This document shows positions 47,082 to 50,834 of a stretch of 50,834 nt of DNA, one piece after another. The notes beneath the pieces are model-generated. The model was given only the letters and a program-made list of their open reading frames with translations, was not told the DNA's origin and searched no databases. The stretch is from an uncultured Clostridium sp. (GTDB taxonomy: Bacteria > Bacillota_I > Bacilli_A > RF39 > UBA660). The position numbers and the translations under genes are program-made. Numbering within the stretch: position 1 is the stretch's first letter; every line of letters starts with the position of its first letter. The DNA lies in assembly GCA_945788325.1 (NCBI GenBank), contig CALZLL010000001.1, forward strand, positions 1 to 50,834. Reading direction: 5' to 3'.

Positions 47082-49637
47082 TTGAACAGAAACGAAGTAG
47101 ATAGGCAAAAAGTAAGCCCTATGATGAGACAATATTTAGAAACTAAAGATAATTATGAAGATGTTATTCTTTTTTATAGAATTGGTGATTTTTATGAGAT
47201 GTTTTTTGATGATGCAATTAATGTATCTCGTGATCTAGAGCTTACTTTAACTGGTAAAAACGCAGGGTTAGATGAAAGAATACCGATGTGTGGTGTTCCA
47301 CATCATGCTGCTAACATATACATTGATAAATTAATTGAAAAGGGCTATAAAGTGGCGATATGTGAACAAGTAGAAGATCCTTTGCAAGCTAAAGGAATAG
47401 TTAAAAGAGAAGTAATTAGGGTTGTATCTAAAGGTACCGTTATGGCAGATGAAATGCTTGATGCTAAAACTAATAATTTCATTGGTGCTTTAAAAGATCT
47501 TGGACATTGTTTTTCACTTTCTTACGCTGATTTATCTACTGGCGAATTTTATTCTGTTTTAGTTGAATACGAACTTGATAAGATCATTACCGAAATAGTT
47601 AATGATAACATAAACGAATTAGTAATTAATGGAAATATTGATCCTAGAATAACTAACACTTTAAAAAGTAAGTATAACGTTACTATCTCTTATGAAAAAG
47701 AAGATAGTGAGATAAAAGAATATAGACATTTATATGAAAATATAAGTGACGTAAGATTAATTTCATCTATATGTGTATTATTAAATTATTTAACTAATAG
47801 TCAAAAACGAAGTTTAGATCATTTTCAAAACGTAATACAAAAAGATTATAAAACATATTTAAAAATGGATATTCATACCAAAAGAAACCTTGAATTAACA
47901 GAAAGTTTAAGACTAAAAGAAAGAACATATTCATTATTATGGCTTCTTGATAAAACAAAAACAGCCATGGGATCTCGCATGCTTAAAAGTATGATTGAAA
48001 ATCCTTTAGTAGATAAAGAAGAAATTGAAAATAGATATGATATGGTTTCTAAATTATTAGAACAATTCTTAATTAAAGACGAGCTTAAAGATTTATTAAA
48101 TGAAGTATATGATTTAGAAAGACTATGTGGTAGAATTTCTTTTGGTAATGCTAACGCTAGAGATTTATTACAGCTTAAGTCTTCTTTAAAAGTACTTCCT
48201 AGGATCAAAGAAATTGTTAAAGAGTTAGATTTTGACTTAATAATTGATGATCTTAATGATTTATATGAATTTATCGATAAAAGTATTTATGAAAATCCAC
48301 CTGTTGGATTAAAAGAAGGATATTTAATAAAAGAAGGTTATAATGCTGAACTTGATGAATTAAAAATTGCAAGAAAAGGTGGTAAAGACTTTATTGCAAA
48401 ACTTGAAGAAGTGGAAAAACAAAGAACTGGAATTAAGAATTTAAGGGTAGGTTATAACCGTGTATTTGGTTATTATATAGAAGTGTCAAAAGGAAACAGT
48501 AAGCAGGTAAAAGAAGAATTTGGATGGGAAAGAAAACAAACACTTGCCAACAACGAAAGATTTATAACGCCTGAATTAAAAGAAAAAGAGCAACTTATAT
48601 TGGGTGCCGAAGAAAAGATAATAAATCTTGAATATGAACTTTTTACAAGTGTTAGAAACAAGGTAAAGGAAACCATACCAACTATTCAACTTACTGCTAA
48701 AGTGATAGCTAAATTAGATGTTATGCAATCTTTTGCAACCGTTACGGAAAATAATAATTACGTAAGACCAACTTTAAATTATGATAAAGTTGTTAGGATT
48801 ATTGAAGGAAGACATCCAGTTGTTGAAAAAGTATTAGATGGGGAATTTGTATCAAACGATATAATATTTGATAATGATATTTATTTACAACTTATTACTG
48901 GCCCTAACATGGCTGGTAAATCGACTTATATGAGACAAATGGCCATGATTGTAATAATGGCTCAAATAGGATGTTTTGTACCTGCTAAAGAGGCTAATTT
49001 ACCTATTTTTGATAAAATATTTACTCGTATTGGTGCATCTGATGATTTAGTTTCTGGTGAATCTACATTTATGGTAGAAATGAAGGAAGCTAATCGTGCT
49101 ATAGAAGGCGCAACAGAGCATAGTTTAATATTATTTGATGAATTAGGACGTGGTACAGCAACATATGATGGTATGAGTCTTGCTCAAGCAATTATAGAAT
49201 ACATACATGATAACATAAAGGCAATTACTTTATTTTCTACTCATTATCATGAACTTACCTGTCTTGAAGAACATAAAAAACACATTAAAAACGTACATGT
49301 TTCAGCTCATGAAGAAGATGGGAACATAACGTTTTTACATAAAATAAAAGAAGGAAGTATTGATAAAAGTTATGGTATTCATGTTGCAAAACTAGCTAAT
49401 TTACCTTTATCTTTAATAAATAGGGCAGATGAAATATTAAAATCATACGAAAGTAATAAACAAAATCATGAAATTATAAGTCAAATGAGTATGAATTTAG
49501 AAGAAACTATTGTACCTAATAATAAATATGATATAATTAAGAAGAAAATTGATGATGTAAATCCATTAGAAGTATCTCCAATGGAAGCGTTAAATATATT
49601 ATATGAATTAAAAAAAGAAATGGATAAAAAGGAATAG
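47082..49637 (+). CDS. mutS: DNA mismatch repair protein MutS
   Basis: N-terminal SPMMRQYLETKDNYEDVILFYRIGDFYEMFFDDA, Walker A GPNMAGKSTYMRQ, STFMVEM, DELGRGT. TTG start after aggtga. Confidence 0.97.
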   Translation: MNRNEVDRQKVSPMMRQYLETKDNYEDVILFYRIGDFYEMFFDDAINVSRDLELTLTGKNAGLDERIPMCGVPHHAANIYIDKLIEKGYKVAICEQVEDPLQAKGIVKREVIRVVSKGTVMADEMLDAKTNNFIGALKDLGHCFSLSYADLSTGEFYSVLVEYELDKIITEIVNDNINELVINGNIDPRITNTLKSKYNVTISYEKEDSEIKEYRHLYENISDVRLISSICVLLNYLTNSQKRSLDHFQNVIQKDYKTYLKMDIHTKRNLELTESLRLKERTYSLLWLLDKTKTAMGSRMLKSMIENPLVDKEEIENRYDMVSKLLEQFLIKDELKDLLNEVYDLERLCGRISFGNANARDLLQLKSSLKVLPRIKEIVKELDFDLIIDDLNDLYEFIDKSIYENPPVGLKEGYLIKEGYNAELDELKIARKGGKDFIAKLEEVEKQRTGIKNLRVGYNRVFGYYIEVSKGNSKQVKEEFGWERKQTLANNERFITPELKEKEQLILGAEEKIINLEYELFTSVRNKVKETIPTIQLTAKVIAKLDVMQSFATVTENNNYVRPTLNYDKVVRIIEGRHPVVEKVLDGEFVSNDIIFDNDIYLQLITGPNMAGKSTYMRQMAMIVIMAQIGCFVPAKEANLPIFDKIFTRIGASDDLVSGESTFMVEMKEANRAIEGATEHSLILFDELGRGTATYDGMSLAQAIIEYIHDNIKAITLFSTHYHELTCLEEHKKHIKNVHVSAHEEDGNITFLHKIKEGSIDKSYGIHVAKLANLPLSLINRADEILKSYESNKQNHEIISQMSMNLEETIVPNNKYDIIKKKIDDVNPLEVSPMEALNILYELKKEMDKKE

Positions 49638-49646
49638 GTGATTTAA

Positions 49647-50510
49647 ATGAACGAAGAAAATGAATCAAAGGATATTAAAATACCAATTAAAGCAATCGTT
49701 GAACATGCAATGAATACTAATGGCGCTAGATATGAAGAAGATGAATTTAACCTTCTTAGAAAATACTTTATTGCATGCTTAAACCTTGGATACATGGAAC
49801 CTAAAGATTTAGTGCCAATGGTTAATAAGTTTGCTGAAAAAATTAAGTTGATCGTACTTAATTATAATAACGTTAATAAGATGGATTATTATGTTATTAA
49901 TAATGGTGTATTATACATAAGTGGTGCTTTAAAAGAAAGTAATCCAATGTTTTATGAAATAAATTTTTATAAAGCTGTAACCGAAACAGTTTTTAATGCA
50001 AATGATAATCATATTGGTATTTCAAATGCACTATGTAACATGGCTGCTGAAAAAATATATAACATGGATACTAATGGTTCAAGGATAGTAATGCCAAGAA
50101 CTGATGAAGAAATAATTGGCAGTGATAAAATTCAGGTAAGAGCAGGTTATAATAATTATAATTTGATTATTTCATTACTAAAACAACTATTTATATGTAA
50201 AAGTATAAATGAAAACAAAGTATTACATGATATGTATTTCAAAGGATATGACATGGTTTTAAAAAATACTATAACTGATGATAATTTAAAATTATTAATT
50301 GATGTTTTAGATAAGTTATGTATTATGTACATCCAAAGAAAAGTAATGAATCAAACTAACGCTAGTGAAAAAGCATTACTTGATAAATATCAAATAATAG
50401 TTAACGATATGTTTACTAAAATGGATCAAAATTATTTTGCTTTTTGTGCGCTTATTACAACTGATGAATTAAGACAAAAATGTATGAAAAAGTTTGATAG
50501 TAAACTATGA
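49647..50510 (+). CDS. Hypothetical protein (287 aa) in the position usually held by mutL
   Basis: Long ORF tightly following mutS. No GHKL ATPase motifs seen. Confidence 0.35.
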   Translation: MNEENESKDIKIPIKAIVEHAMNTNGARYEEDEFNLLRKYFIACLNLGYMEPKDLVPMVNKFAEKIKLIVLNYNNVNKMDYYVINNGVLYISGALKESNPMFYEINFYKAVTETVFNANDNHIGISNALCNMAAEKIYNMDTNGSRIVMPRTDEEIIGSDKIQVRAGYNNYNLIISLLKQLFICKSINENKVLHDMYFKGYDMVLKNTITDDNLKLLIDVLDKLCIMYIQRKVMNQTNASEKALLDKYQIIVNDMFTKMDQNYFAFCALITTDELRQKCMKKFDSKL

Positions 50511-50523
50511 TGGTGGTGAATTT

Positions 50524-50834
50524 ATGAATAGAAATGAATCAAGAAAAGTAATAATGACTATTTTATATCAAATATTCTTATATCAAAGAGATAAAATAGA
50601 TTATAAAACGGATGAAGTAATTAATGAAAATTTAGAGATTGATAATGAATTTGTTAAAGAAATGGTAAACGGAGTATTAGATAAAAAAGAAGAATTATAT
50701 GAGATTGCTAATAAAAATTTAAATGATTGGAAAATGTCAAGATTAGGATTAACTGATCAAGCAATTTTATGTTTAGGTTTATATGAACTTTTATATACTG
50801 ATACACCTGATGTAGTAGCGATAAATGAAGCGGT
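50524..50834 (+). CDS. nusB: Transcription antitermination factor NusB (partial, runs off the window end)
   Basis: MNRNESRKVIMTILYQIFLYQ ... W.MSRLGLTDQAILCLGLYELLYTDTPDVVAINEA is typical NusB. Confidence 0.8.
   Translation, partial: MNRNESRKVIMTILYQIFLYQRDKIDYKTDEVINENLEIDNEFVKEMVNGVLDKKEELYEIANKNLNDWKMSRLGLTDQAILCLGLYELLYTDTPDVVAINEA

Overview
Chromosomal window from a very AT-rich, endospore-forming Firmicute (genetic code 11). The taxon is inferred from sporulation genes (yqfC, yqfD, gerE, gerM-like, spoIIIAH-like, ylbJ-like), PolC, EzrA, and Bacillus-like synteny rpsU-yqfC-yqfD-ybeY-dgkA-era-yqzL-recO-glyQS. I saw no integrase, transposase, CRISPR array or reverse transcriptase.

Accessory content:
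(i) The 3' part of a Tad/Flp pilus locus (tadE/tadG-like, tadZ/cpaE, tadA/cpaF, tadB, tadC).
(ii) Two paralogous ~430-aa surface proteins, one just downstream of tadC and one inserted between dgkA and era. Each ends in a short, adenine-depleted, NNC-codon-rich hypervariable segment inside an otherwise near-identical framework. This is the signature of diversity-generating retroelement (DGR) variable regions, but no template repeat or RT is visible in the window.
(iii) Three membrane-anchored proteins sharing an N-terminal K-V-G-R-P-(K/R)-L-A motif.
(iv) A C39-peptidase ABC exporter whose catalytic-Cys motif lies upstream of its first usable start codon, across an A6 / A_AAA_AAT slippery site. 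It is followed by two small double-glycine-leader peptide genes absent from the ORF track (candidate two-peptide bacteriocin).
(v) A compact type IV pilus/pseudopilus cluster (pilC with an unusual N-terminal extension, pilD, divergent pilB, two prepilins).
(vi) A compact T-box leader with an unknown gene between it and glyQS.

All functional calls come from motif recognition by eye. No database search was run.
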